DNA from: Halobacteriovoraceae bacterium
Lineage (GTDB): Bacteria; Bdellovibrionota; Bacteriovoracia; Bacteriovoracales; Bacteriovoracaceae
DNA length: 64,000 nucleotides
NCBI GenBank assembly: GCA_963719505.1
Contig: CAVRCF010000004.1
Coordinates: 128,001 to 192,000 of the forward strand
Direction of reading: 5' to 3'
Shown here: positions 10,916 to 20,276 of the stretch, one piece after another
How the letters are laid out: every line of letters starts with the position of its first letter
Position numbering within the stretch: the first letter of the stretch is position 1
Translations under genes and position numbers: made by a program
Notes under the pieces: generated by a model
Seen by the model: only the letters and a program-made list of their open reading frames with translations
What the model was told of the DNA's origin: nothing
The model's database searches: none

Positions 10916-11482
10916 ATGAAAGCTTTATTGATATTTGTTTTTTCTTTTTCAGTCTTCGCCACCTCTGAACTTGTAGAGCTTGCAGATTATGTCAGTCAAA
11001 AAGTTTTTGAACAGGAAACGACTTTAAACCCCGAACAAAAAAGAGATATATACTCGAGGTTAGTTCAGGTTAAAAGTATTCTCAATAATCCCAATCAGAA
11101 AAGTTTATCATGTCTTAAGTACTCACATAACTATCAAGGTTACGCCCTAACGGATCTTGCTTTAAACCAAAAACTGTCCATACTTGTTGATAAAAATGAA
11201 TGTGACAGACTACTATCGACTCAACTAAATTCACTTGTTTGTTCAAAAGTTTCAAATACAACTCTTGGCTACAAAGTTTTCTCACTGAAATTAAACAGAA
11301 GCTTTGGAATTGGTTCATCTTTTGATAATTGTAAAAGAGCTATTTTAAGTCAAAGAAATGGGTATTTTTGCCAATATCAGTCCCACACTACCTTTGGCCA
11401 TATACTAACACTGATAAATAGCGGTGCTACTATAGGACAAAGACAAGAACTATCCGTCTGTCTTTCTCAAATACCTCGTTAA
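10916..11482 (+). CDS. Hypothetical secreted Cys-containing protein
   Basis: SD AGGAG then MKALLIFVFSFSVFA signal peptide at 10916. Confidence 0.65.
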   Translation: MKALLIFVFSFSVFATSELVELADYVSQKVFEQETTLNPEQKRDIYSRLVQVKSILNNPNQKSLSCLKYSHNYQGYALTDLALNQKLSILVDKNECDRLLSTQLNSLVCSKVSNTTLGYKVFSLKLNRSFGIGSSFDNCKRAILSQRNGYFCQYQSHTTFGHILTLINSGATIGQRQELSVCLSQIPR

Positions 11483-12532
11483 TCAAACCAAAGAGATATG
11501 CTTTTTAAAATGCGTTAAGGCCCTCGCTACTGGTCCTTCTTTCTCATTGAAATCGATAATGTAACTTTCTAATTGTGATGAGAAGTCATATGAGCTCTCT
11601 TTAGGTAGGATCGATGGCAAATTATCAATAGCTGTCAAAGAGGTCTGTTGTGTTATCTTAATAATTGGCTGTGATAACGTAGTTGCTTCTTCATATAATG
11701 GAACCATATTACAATCACTATCTGGGTCACAGCTAACATCACTGACCATTTTTAATTGATGACCAGAGCTTTGAATCATCTGCTTTGTTATGAAAGGTGG
11801 CATCGGCTTCATAGCTAAAACACAATTAACAAAAAGATCATGCTTGAGAATTTCTTCAAAGGGACCTCCTGCTTTAGTTTCTTCCATGTCCCATCCTGTA
11901 ATTTCCCAATCAAGAGAAGTTAAGAAGTCAAAGGCGCCAGTACCACTTCTACCTTTTCGACCTATTATGATTCCAGACCCTGGACCAGTAGTATTAGCTT
12001 TAACAAAACTTAAAAGATCTTTTTTATCTGGAAATTGTTTTTGGATATTTAATTTTTTTGTGACTTCAGTTGAGTCACTACATTTAGCGTAAAGAGCACC
12101 AAGAGCGGCACCGACAAAACCGGCCCAGTATCCAAAAGCGTTAGTTCTTCTTCCATTTTCATCGACCATGAATTCAAGATCTATAATCTTTCCGCCTCCA
12201 CTTTTGAACTTTGACAAAAGCTCACTCCAGCCCTCTTGTTCTTTATAGCAATGAGCGAAGTAGATATGGGTGTGTATATAGTTTAAGGGGGCTTCATCAA
12301 GAGCTTTTAGGCCAATGACGATAGTTTCTTTGGGAGAGTTTTGCCAAGAGTTTTCAGGTGCGATCTCGCATCCAACTTCTTTATAAAGAGAAGTCGGGAT
12401 GATTGAATCTTTCCAGTCTTCCACTGTAACTTTGTGACCAGCTTTAATGATTTTTTTACAGCTATCGGGAGTAAGGGCCCTTCTGAATTCGTTCTTCTTA
12501 GTTTCTGCTCGAAGCCAAAATGATTTACTCAT
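11483..12532 (-). CDS. Saccharopine dehydrogenase (NAD+, L-lysine-forming; LYS1-like)
   Basis: WLRAETKKNEFRRALTP, HIYFAHCYKEQEGW, AFGYWAGFVGAA, DVSCDP, AIDNLPSILPKESS. Confidence 0.9.
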   Translation of the reverse strand: MSKSFWLRAETKKNEFRRALTPDSCKKIIKAGHKVTVEDWKDSIIPTSLYKEVGCEIAPENSWQNSPKETIVIGLKALDEAPLNYIHTHIYFAHCYKEQEGWSELLSKFKSGGGKIIDLEFMVDENGRRTNAFGYWAGFVGAALGALYAKCSDSTEVTKKLNIQKQFPDKKDLLSFVKANTTGPGSGIIIGRKGRSGTGAFDFLTSLDWEITGWDMEETKAGGPFEEILKHDLFVNCVLAMKPMPPFITKQMIQSSGHQLKMVSDVSCDPDSDCNMVPLYEEATTLSQPIIKITQQTSLTAIDNLPSILPKESSYDFSSQLESYIIDFNEKEGPVARALTHFKKHISLV

Positions 12533-13662
12533 AGATATTTCCTTTTTACTAATTCTTTTTCAAGATAGGGTTCAATGCTCCACTGTGCTTTAAAGTGCTG
12601 GTAAGCCTTCAGCGCTTTCTCTTTATCTTCAACTGACTTATTTGTCTTGATACATCTTAACAGAATATTCTTCGCTGTGTGTGCAAGGTCAATAAACTCC
12701 ATGGATTGAACTTTATAACCAAGACTTTCAAGAAGTTGTGTTCTCATTGTATCTGTAACTAGAGCACACATTCTGTCTCTAAAAATTCCATGTTTGAGTA
12801 AAACAGAAGACTTTTCATTTTCTAATTGCTTATTCAATTCGTGCTGGCAACAGGGCACAAACATCATTTTAGTTGCTTCGTTATCCAACGAGAACAAAAT
12901 GGCATCATCTGTTGCTGTATCACAGGCATGAAGTGTTATAACCAAATCAATTGATGACTTCACTTTAAAATCATGGATAAAGCCATGGACAAATTTTAAG
13001 TGTTCAAAATCTAGTTTTTTCGCAATAGCATTGCAATGATCGATAACTTCTTGCTTAAGATCAACTCCTACAATTGAAACATCTTTATTTTTTATATTTT
13101 TAAAATAATGATAAACAGCAAAAGTCAGATACGATTTACCACAGCCAAAATCCACAATATGAAAACTTTCTTGTTCTTCTTTTTTATAAAGATCATCCAG
13201 CATTTCTAGAAAACGGTTAATCTGTCTGAACTTCTTGTACTGATTCGATTTGACCTGCCCTTTGGTGTCCATGACTCCTATCTCAATAAGAAACGGGCAT
13301 ATCTCTTTATCAGGAATAAAGTAATTTTTCTCTCTATTATGAGAAGACGTTTTTAGAACGGTCTCTTTGGAGATAATCTTTGACTTATTTTTTTTGTTGA
13401 TAAGAACCTGATGTTCTAAACCAGAGGTCTTAATGAGAACTTGTTTAAAGTCATCAAGGTATTGAGAAAGGTTTAGATCTTTACGAGAAAGTGTCTTTAT
13501 ATCATTATGTTTTTGATGTCTAAACTCAACTTTGAATTCGTCTTTAGTTTTTAAAGGAGAAATAATAATGTTTTTTAATCCACCCTTTGTTTTTGGCGAA
13601 CTAAAACTCACTTGTACGAGGGAGTCTAGACTATCTTTTAATAGAGCTAAGGCTTTTTCCAT
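12529..13662 (-). CDS. SAM-dependent methyltransferase (Methyltransf_32-like)
   Basis: KFRQINRF, VDFGCGKSYLTF, LHACDTATD, VPCCQHE. Confidence 0.88.
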   Translation of the reverse strand: MEKALALLKDSLDSLVQVSFSSPKTKGGLKNIIISPLKTKDEFKVEFRHQKHNDIKTLSRKDLNLSQYLDDFKQVLIKTSGLEHQVLINKKNKSKIISKETVLKTSSHNREKNYFIPDKEICPFLIEIGVMDTKGQVKSNQYKKFRQINRFLEMLDDLYKKEEQESFHIVDFGCGKSYLTFAVYHYFKNIKNKDVSIVGVDLKQEVIDHCNAIAKKLDFEHLKFVHGFIHDFKVKSSIDLVITLHACDTATDDAILFSLDNEATKMMFVPCCQHELNKQLENEKSSVLLKHGIFRDRMCALVTDTMRTQLLESLGYKVQSMEFIDLAHTAKNILLRCIKTNKSVEDKEKALKAYQHFKAQWSIEPYLEKELVKRKYL

Positions 13663-14393
13663 TACTCGCTGAATTCTTCAGAGTATTCCATATTATGATA
13701 GACTTTTGAAACATCATCATCATCCTCACAAAGCTCTACAATCGTTGCAACTGTATCATAGATCTCTTTAGAGCCTGCAGCTTTTGTCGTGAGAGGAAGC
13801 CTTTCTAGGGATGAATCTTCGATCTCTATTCCCAGCTCTTCGAGTTTTTTATAAATGTCTCCAAAGGCTTCGACTTCACTTTGGATAATAATTTCTCCAT
13901 CTTCTTTTTCAACTTCTTCTGCTCCAGAGTCAATGAGTTCCATCATTAACTCATCTGGATCTTGTCCTTCATCTTTAATAGTGAACATCGCTTTTCTTTC
14001 AAAGACAAATTGAAGACAGCCTTCCTTGCCAAGGGATCCACCTTTTTTATTAAAGTATGAGCGAACATTGGCGATCGTTCGGGTAACATTATCTGTTGCA
14101 GCTTCTACAAAAATCGCAATTCCATCAGGCCCATAGCCCTCATAATTTACATCTTTCCAGTCCGCTTGATCATTTCCGAGACCTTTTTTAATGGCACGAT
14201 CGATATTGTCTTTTGGAACGTTAGCTTTTTTACATCTATCAATGGCAACTTTTAAAGAAAAGTTAGATTCTACTTCGGGACCACCATTTTTGGCCGCGAT
14301 CGTAACCTCTTTAAGAGCTTTAGTATAAATTAAACTTCTCGCTCTATCGGCGGCACCCTTTTTACCAGCAATCTTCGCGGACTTTCGACCCAT
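13662..14393 (-). CDS. yebC: YebC/PmpR family protein
   Basis: NVPKDNIDRAIKKG, YEGYGPDGIAIFVE, DDDDVSKVYHN. Confidence 0.92.
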   Translation of the reverse strand: MGRKSAKIAGKKGAADRARSLIYTKALKEVTIAAKNGGPEVESNFSLKVAIDRCKKANVPKDNIDRAIKKGLGNDQADWKDVNYEGYGPDGIAIFVEAATDNVTRTIANVRSYFNKKGGSLGKEGCLQFVFERKAMFTIKDEGQDPDELMMELIDSGAEEVEKEDGEIIIQSEVEAFGDIYKKLEELGIEIEDSSLERLPLTTKAAGSKEIYDTVATIVELCEDDDDVSKVYHNMEYSEEFSE

Positions 14394-14800
14394 TTTATAT
14401 TCCTTATTTTCTTTGATTTTATTGAAGTTAATTATCTTGAATATAAGCGATTATGTAAAGATGTTTAGAGGACTTCACTTTCTTAAAAGACCTGAGATAG
14501 CTCATCCATTCACTTTAAACGATTGGGCCAAACTGAGAACAAAACAGCGCAGACTACAAAAATTTCTTGAGTTCTTAAAGGACAATTTTATGAACTTTTT
14601 TACACAAGATTAACTGATTTTGCTTCTGTGCTTAACTGGGTTGCTATTGCAGGTGATTTCTTTAGTTTCATAAGGAAAAACTTGTGTGGTGCGTTCGGCG
14701 CTTTGCATTGCGACTTTTTATACACTTGCAAGTTAGACATATACGATCGTAAAAAATTTTCATAGTTTCACTTCAATTAGATTATCGATGGGAGATAGAG

Positions 14801-15868
14801 ATGAGAGTTTTTCTTTTAGTTGCACTTATGTGCGCAAGTTTTACTGCTTTTGCTGACGAAGAAGCAGCTGGTGTTAGAACCAGTAAATGGGATGGATATA
14901 ATAATCCGTTTAGATTAGACGCAAATTTTGAAGATCGATTTAGTTCAATGCCACTTTCTGGAGACACATCCAAGTCTGGTTTTGGTTGGCCAGCTTATTT
15001 TTGGGCGAATGAAAAAGGTGGAATTGCTCAAAGATGGTCATCAAATGATCCCCAACATTTTAAATATGAATCACCAACTTTATACGCACTCCAGTCCATG
15101 AGCCCAGAGAAAATCAATGAACTCTCACCGGCTGAAAAATTCGATATCATGAATGGAAGATACGATTATCCAACAGTTGAAAAAGTTTGGGGACAGACAA
15201 GTAGAGGAGCGAAAGATTGGCATGGTATCTGTCATGGGGCAGCACCCGCGGGTCTTCACCACAAAGAGCCGTCAGCTAAAACGATTACTAATGCTGATGG
15301 AATTAAAATCACTTTTCACTCAAGTGATGTAAAAGCTCTTACTGCATATTACTACGCTAAGATTTCAGATCTTCCTTCAACTCAGATTGGGCGAAGATGT
15401 TTTATGGGAAGGTTTTCTCCTTTTAGAGGAAAGGGCTGCAAGGACGTCAATCCGGCTTCCCTCCATATCATACTCACAAATAGACTAGGACTTACTAGTA
15501 AAGGCTTTATCGCAGATATTGATAAATTGAAACAAGTTTGGAATCATGTTGCGGTAAAATACGAATCAAAAATTGTAGCGACATTTAAAGATCTTGATAG
15601 ATCTGTGGATGGAACTCATAGAAGAATTCAAGTTGTGACAAATGTTTCTTATACAGGTGGAGTTGATCCTTCTCAATTTGCAGTTCTAGGAACTGAGAAT
15701 GAGAAGTGGGATGTGAGAACCTATGAATACGTTCTTGATCTTGATGTTAATGATAAAATCATCGGTGGTGGTTGGATATCAAGCGAGAGACCTGACTTTA
15801 TATGGGTTAAGGGTAAAGAAACGTTCCTAGATACCTATTACGGTGCAGTTAAATCTCTATTGAAGTAA
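14801..15868 (+). CDS. Secreted transglutaminase-elicitor (GP42)-like Cys protein
   Basis: Signal peptide; LSPAEKFD, WHGICHG, VWNH, YEYVLDLDVNDKIIGGGW...RPDFIW resemble oomycete TGase-elicitor motifs. Confidence 0.7.
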   Translation: MRVFLLVALMCASFTAFADEEAAGVRTSKWDGYNNPFRLDANFEDRFSSMPLSGDTSKSGFGWPAYFWANEKGGIAQRWSSNDPQHFKYESPTLYALQSMSPEKINELSPAEKFDIMNGRYDYPTVEKVWGQTSRGAKDWHGICHGAAPAGLHHKEPSAKTITNADGIKITFHSSDVKALTAYYYAKISDLPSTQIGRRCFMGRFSPFRGKGCKDVNPASLHIILTNRLGLTSKGFIADIDKLKQVWNHVAVKYESKIVATFKDLDRSVDGTHRRIQVVTNVSYTGGVDPSQFAVLGTENEKWDVRTYEYVLDLDVNDKIIGGGWISSERPDFIWVKGKETFLDTYYGAVKSLLK

Positions 15869-15870
15869 TT

Positions 15871-15982
15871 TAAGCTGGATAAGAGAATAAGAAGTTTTAG
15901 ATAAGTTTTGTGAGATTAATAATATTCATTATTAATCGAAGAGCTTTTGAGGTGGGGTAGAAGAATTCTTCTATCCAGCTTA
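15871..15982 (-). ncRNA. Candidate sigma54-dependent structured sRNA, copy 1
   Basis: Ends TAAGCTGGATA...TATCCAGCTTA are complementary; internal hairpins; paralogue at 20138-20249; begins at the predicted +1 of a sigma54 promoter. Confidence 0.6.
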
Positions 15983-15992
15983 CTCTTTATAA

Positions 15993-16009
15993 AGCAAGGC
16001 TTGTGCCAA
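15993..16009 (-). promoter_or_regulatory. Sigma54 promoter of sRNA copy 1
   Basis: Minus strand TTGGCAC-AAGCC-TTGCT; IHF-like site (plus strand TAAAGTATTGAAT) at 16023-16035. Confidence 0.8.
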
Positions 16010-16051
16010 GAACTAACAGTTCTAAAGTATTGAATTTAAATGTTTATTGAG

Positions 16052-16089
16052 TGGCCAAGTTGATCCAGGATCAATTTGGCCATTTTTTT
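16052..16089 (+). terminator. Rho-independent terminator
   Basis: TGGCCAAGTTGATC-CAG-GATCAATTTGGCCA hairpin followed by T7. Confidence 0.7.
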
Positions 16090-16275
16090 GGGGTAAAAAG
16101 TCACTGTGTAATAATTAACGACAAGTGATCTAAAATACTTTGCTGACAACAATTACACTTATAAGCTCGTCCTTTCGACATTTAACAACTGTTGTATCTA
16201 TTAATGGAAGTATTTGTTAGAGCCAAAGAAATGAGTTTAATAAAATAAATATAAAGCACTGAAGGTCACATTACA

Positions 16276-17514
16276 TGCAGTAGTCACGACTTGCGTTTAC
16301 AAAACGCTCTCAGTCAAAATATAAAACTATTGTAAATCTATTTCGCTACTTTCTACCTCGGTGTCAAAAACCATTTCTTTATACAATTTTACTCCTTCTG
16401 AAAATGTTTCATAAGGAGTTCTTCCTTTGCACCTCTTTCCTTGATTTGTTCTGTCGAAGTTGTAATCCTTCATGTAAAAATCAAGATCATACTGCAGTCC
16501 TTCTAGGCTCGTATAAAGCTTCTTTCTAAATGCAACACTATAAAATTCATTTTGGATGATTTGATTTAATTTCTCTACTGATCCATTCGTTTGAGGATGT
16601 CTTACTTTTGTTCGACTATGTTCTATATCATTCAAGTGCATGAATAATTGATAGTGATGCGCATCTTTGTGACCACAATATTCTCGTCCATTGTCTGTCA
16701 AAATCCTAAGAACTGAGATCCTGTGTTCGTCGAAGAATGGAAGTACTTTGCTGTTTAAAAAATCTGCCGCAACAGTTTGAGTTTTATCCAGATAGAGTTT
16801 TGCAAACCCCACATTAGAATAGGTATCAATTCCTGTTTGCTGATAAATTTTTCCAACACCTTTAATGTAGCCAACGTAGTAAGTATCTTGGGCGAATAGA
16901 AATCCAGAGTGATGAGTCTCTACTTCGCCATGAGCTTCTTTCTCTTGCTTTCTCTCTTCGAGTGCTTGGACTTGAGACTCAGTTAAAATATTATTCTCCT
17001 GAGCCGACCATTTCTCTAGACGTTTTAACCTTAGATGTTTTACTTGTAAGTCATGCCTGAGCCAGATTGAGCGAATTCCGCCAGCGCTAATAGCAATATT
17101 GCTTTTTCTTTTAAGCTCATTCGAAACTCGAACTTGTCCATGGGTAGGATACTGTAAAGAATAGTCTAGAACAGCTTTCTCGACTTCTGGAGCGCACCTG
17201 TTTCCAACTCTTGGACCTCTTCTAGACTTTTCTATAAGGCCTTCAAGTCCGTCTTCTTGTATGGCAGTTTTAATATCGTAGTAATGCTGTCGGCTTACAC
17301 CAAGTCTTTTGCATGCTTTTGTAATATTTTTTAAAGTGTCTGCAAATTCAACTATGTTGAGCTTACGATTAATGAGATACTGTTGTTGAGTCATGTGTTT
17401 TCCTTTTGTTAAAAATTGTTTTGTGGTTACTACAATTTTAACTGAGAACGCATGACTCAAATATTACCGGCAATATTTAGTCAGGTGTTGTAAACGCAAT
17501 TCGTGTTACTTCCA
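16276..17514 (-). mobile_element. IS481-family insertion sequence
   Basis: Imperfect IRs TGCAGTAGTCACGACTTGCGTTTACAA / TTGTAAACGCAATTCGTGTTACTTCCA; direct repeat CATTACA at 16269-16275 and 17515-17521 (or TTACA if the element ends at 17516). Confidence 0.85.
16327..17394 (-). CDS. IS481-family transposase
   Basis: HTH NITKACKRLGVSRQHYY; rve core QDTYYVG, ILTDNGREYCG, PQTNGSVEKLN; ATG at 17394 with SD AAAGGA. Confidence 0.93.
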   Translation of the reverse strand: MTQQQYLINRKLNIVEFADTLKNITKACKRLGVSRQHYYDIKTAIQEDGLEGLIEKSRRGPRVGNRCAPEVEKAVLDYSLQYPTHGQVRVSNELKRKSNIAISAGGIRSIWLRHDLQVKHLRLKRLEKWSAQENNILTESQVQALEERKQEKEAHGEVETHHSGFLFAQDTYYVGYIKGVGKIYQQTGIDTYSNVGFAKLYLDKTQTVAADFLNSKVLPFFDEHRISVLRILTDNGREYCGHKDAHHYQLFMHLNDIEHSRTKVRHPQTNGSVEKLNQIIQNEFYSVAFRKKLYTSLEGLQYDLDFYMKDYNFDRTNQGKRCKGRTPYETFSEGVKLYKEMVFDTEVESSEIDLQ

Positions 17515-17532
17515 CATTACAGGCTAGGGTGT

Positions 17533-18423
17533 CTAATATAGCTTTGTATCTACTGACGAACCAAAAGTATTTTCATAAACTCTTCTGGATTTAACTAAGT
17601 GTCCAGCTCCGTAAATCACAAGAACTTTATTGTACTTTTTGAGACTTTTATCAATTAATTGAACCAAATATCTTTCTCTAATCATTCCTATATGTGCAGA
17701 AATTTTTTGAAAATAGGTACCCGCACTACCGTTGATCGGAGCTACATCCATTGATCCCAAGTCTAAGTAACTTCGCTTCAAACTGGAATGTAACTCATAC
17801 CATTCCTTGAACTGGTTAAAAGTAACAATATTAGGAGTATTCAAGTTATTTGAGAATCTAGTTAGATATTTTGAGATCTGTGAAATCTGATTAGTTATAT
17901 CTATTTTTTTTTGTTTCTTGAGCTGCGGGATCATCCTTAAAAGATAAAAGCCAACAACATCAATTTCTTGAAAGCCTATCTCGTTGAGACCTTTTAAAAT
18001 CATCGTGTCCTTAATTTCACCACCAGCAAAAGGAATATTCTTTTGATTTGCAATAAATGCTGCGTAAGAAGGCTCTCCACACTTTCTAAACCTTGATGTG
18101 CTACACTTGTTGGCATAATCAATATACCACTGAGGACTAACTTCTTCATTGTTTTGAAAACCTTCTAATATAAGAAAATCAGGTTTTTCCTTTAGTATTA
18201 CCTGTTCAATTGTTTTGAAAGTCTTACTATCCATTGAATTTTCATGATCGGCAGCAACGAAGATTAGTTGTTTATCATTCTTTGAGAAGACAGAAATATA
18301 AGGAGCTTCATATGATTCCTGTTTCTGATAATCTAAACTCCAGTGGCGAATTAGGGATTCATTCAAGCTTATATTTGAGCAACTAATCTTTAGGAATACA
18401 AAGCAAATAAGAATAAACTTCAT
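17533..18423 (-). CDS. Hypothetical exported protein
   Basis: 296-aa ORF with N-terminal hydrophobic/lipobox-like segment; PDFLILEG and VIYGAGHL faintly resemble TraB/GumN-like folds. Confidence 0.6.
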   Translation of the reverse strand: MKFILICFVFLKISCSNISLNESLIRHWSLDYQKQESYEAPYISVFSKNDKQLIFVAADHENSMDSKTFKTIEQVILKEKPDFLILEGFQNNEEVSPQWYIDYANKCSTSRFRKCGEPSYAAFIANQKNIPFAGGEIKDTMILKGLNEIGFQEIDVVGFYLLRMIPQLKKQKKIDITNQISQISKYLTRFSNNLNTPNIVTFNQFKEWYELHSSLKRSYLDLGSMDVAPINGSAGTYFQKISAHIGMIRERYLVQLIDKSLKKYNKVLVIYGAGHLVKSRRVYENTFGSSVDTKLY

Positions 18424-18600
18424 AATTTTGACAATATCATGGTTTGATTAAAATGTTTGTCAAAATCACAATTAGGTGTAAATTTAACATTAGCTAAGGA
18501 TAAATAACGTCTTAAGACCCAGCGGTAATTTAAAGGTGGAAAGGATAAATTCTATCTTTAGGTGAACAGTCTTAAGGCTTGAGTTAAATTGCTGAAAATA

Positions 18601-18631
18601 AAAAAGGCTAGGATTTTTACTCCTGGCCTTT
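18601..18631 (-). terminator. Rho-independent terminator of 18682..18996
   Basis: Minus strand AAAGGCCAGGA-GTAAAAA-TCCTAGCCTTT followed by a T run. Confidence 0.6.
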
Positions 18632-18653
18632 GTGATTTCTTTTGATCTTTTAG

Positions 18654-18683
18654 TTTGAGTATCTTATTTTTGAGTATCTTATT
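18654..18683. repeat. Perfect 15-bp tandem duplication
   Basis: TTTGAGTATCTTATT x2 (18654-18668, 18669-18683), abutting the stop codon of 18682..18996. Confidence 0.8.
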
Positions 18684-18996
18684 AATGACAACGATTACCT
18701 ACAAACTTAGCTTCAGCAACGACCTCGGCGGTTTGTCCTACCTGAACACAAGTCACTTCAAATGATGATTCTTGCTTTGCTCCTTCGTAGTAGAGAAATC
18801 GCCAATTTGCTTTTTGCCTAGCATCTGCTTTAGCTAAAGCTTTCATAGCTTTAAGAACTTCATTTTCGGGGTTACTACAGCTACCTGAAATATTCGAAAA
18901 TTCAACTTTTCCAACAAAGCTCTCTTCAAAGCAGCCAGCGAATGCACTTTGGCCGGCAAGACTTACTAAAATTAAAAGTATCCTCAATTTCTTCAT
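18682..18996 (-). CDS. Small secreted hypothetical protein
   Basis: SD AAGGAG, signal peptide ending AFA, 4 Cys. Confidence 0.65.
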   Translation of the reverse strand: MKKLRILLILVSLAGQSAFAGCFEESFVGKVEFSNISGSCSNPENEVLKAMKALAKADARQKANWRFLYYEGAKQESSFEVTCVQVGQTAEVVAEAKFVGNRCH

Positions 18997-19172
18997 GCTA
19001 TCTCCTTGCCCTTTAGGCTTTTGTGAAAACGAATTGTTACCTCAACGATTCGTTTTTATCTATAATTATTGGTCTAAATCGTTGATGACCAATCTTCTGA
19101 ACAATATGTACCTATATCGATGTTATATGCATAGTTTACAAATACTTCTACTTGATATAGGTATTTGTTTAT

Positions 19173-19994
19173 ATGATAAGACTAAATGATTTGAATAATT
19201 TTATTGAAGCAAGTGGTTTTCCTAGTTTAAGTATGGCCTCTAAAAAGTTAGGTGTAACTCAACCTGCTCTTTCTGAGTCGATTAAAAGGCTCGAGAAAGA
19301 TTTAGAAACAGTACTCTTTTATCGAACAAAAAATGGAATCTCTCTGACACCTGAAGGGAAGAAAGCTCTTGAGAAAAGTAAAAGCATCAGAATAATGCTA
19401 AACGATCTTGGAGAGATGAGGAGTGATCAAAAACAACCACTACTCACTTTGGGGTGTCATCCTGCTATTGGTTCTTACTTCCTTCCATATTTTATAAAGC
19501 GAGTTAATCACACCATCCCTGAAGGGAGATTCAAAATTACTCACGATCTTTCTAGAAATATTCAACTACAAGTTCAGTCGGGGGAAATTGACTTTGGTAT
19601 TATAGTCAATCCTTCTCCAAATCCGGATCTCATTCTCAAGCATATAGGGGTAGATATGGTGCGAGTTTGGAAATCAAAAAAGAAAGGGGATGACAACAAA
19701 ATCATTGCTGACTTAGACCTTCTACAAACTCAAAATATTTTGAACAAATGGAAGCGTGCTCCTAAAGAGTTAATGTCTATGTCAAGCCTTGAGATTATCG
19801 CGAGAATGACCAATCAAGGTTGTGGGTATGGGATTATACCAGAGAGAACGGTCAAACTTTTAAACTTTGATTTAGAAATAGTTAAAGGGAGTCCTTGTTT
19901 TAAAGATGAGTTTTACCTCGTTTATAGACCTGAATTCGGAAAGACTAGATATGAGAAAGATGTGATCAAGCTGATTGTTGAATCTTTTTCTTGA
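19173..19994 (+). CDS. LysR family transcriptional regulator
   Basis: HTH SMASKKLGVTQPALSESIKRLEKDL...LFYR...LTPEG. Confidence 0.92.
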   Translation: MIRLNDLNNFIEASGFPSLSMASKKLGVTQPALSESIKRLEKDLETVLFYRTKNGISLTPEGKKALEKSKSIRIMLNDLGEMRSDQKQPLLTLGCHPAIGSYFLPYFIKRVNHTIPEGRFKITHDLSRNIQLQVQSGEIDFGIIVNPSPNPDLILKHIGVDMVRVWKSKKKGDDNKIIADLDLLQTQNILNKWKRAPKELMSMSSLEIIARMTNQGCGYGIIPERTVKLLNFDLEIVKGSPCFKDEFYLVYRPEFGKTRYEKDVIKLIVESFS

Positions 19995-20137
19995 TATAAA
20001 GAGACGAGGTTTTTGAAAAGAACAAAGGTCCTGATCAAAAAAATTAATAAGCAAAATGTCCAATTTGATTATATCTCAGAATTTTTTTTGAATACTATAG
20101 ATGAACAGAGAATCTTTTTTTCTTAGAAAAAAAGTTC

Positions 20138-20249
20138 AAGCTGGATAAGAAGAATGAGAATTTATAGGTTAGTTTTGTGAGATTTGAAACATTCGTGACA
20201 AATCGAAGAGCTTTTGAGGTGGGGCAGAAGAATCCTTCCATCCAGCTTA
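20138..20249 (-). ncRNA. Candidate sigma54-dependent structured sRNA, copy 2
   Basis: Ends AAGCTGGAT...ATCCAGCTT; the core AATCGAAGAGCTTTTGAGGTGGGG (plus strand) is identical to copy 1; same +1 register. Confidence 0.6.
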
Positions 20250-20259
20250 CTATATATGA

Positions 20260-20276
20260 AGCAAGCTTCGTGCCAA
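20260..20276 (-). promoter_or_regulatory. Sigma54 promoter of sRNA copy 2
   Basis: Minus strand TTGGCAC-GAAGC-TTGCT; IHF-like TAAGTGATTAATT at 20290-20302, same spacing as copy 1. Confidence 0.8.

Noticed and set aside
14413-14613. Short plus-strand ORF (MFRGLHFLKRPE...)
   Set aside because: No clear SD or recognisable motif; cannot be supported, though not excluded
14686-14712. Possible sigma54 promoter before the transglutaminase-like gene
   Set aside because: GG-to-GC spacing is off by one or the match is weak
18508-18594. Nested dyads (GTCTTAAGAC / hairpin / GTCTTAAGGC) as a possible attC site or sRNA
   Set aside because: No integron integrase, no GTTRRRY cores, single occurrence in AT-rich DNA
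15871-20249. Twin elements read as CRISPR repeats, MITEs or att sites
   Set aside because: Only two copies 4 kb apart, no spacers or cas genes, no target duplication; conservation extends to the upstream promoter
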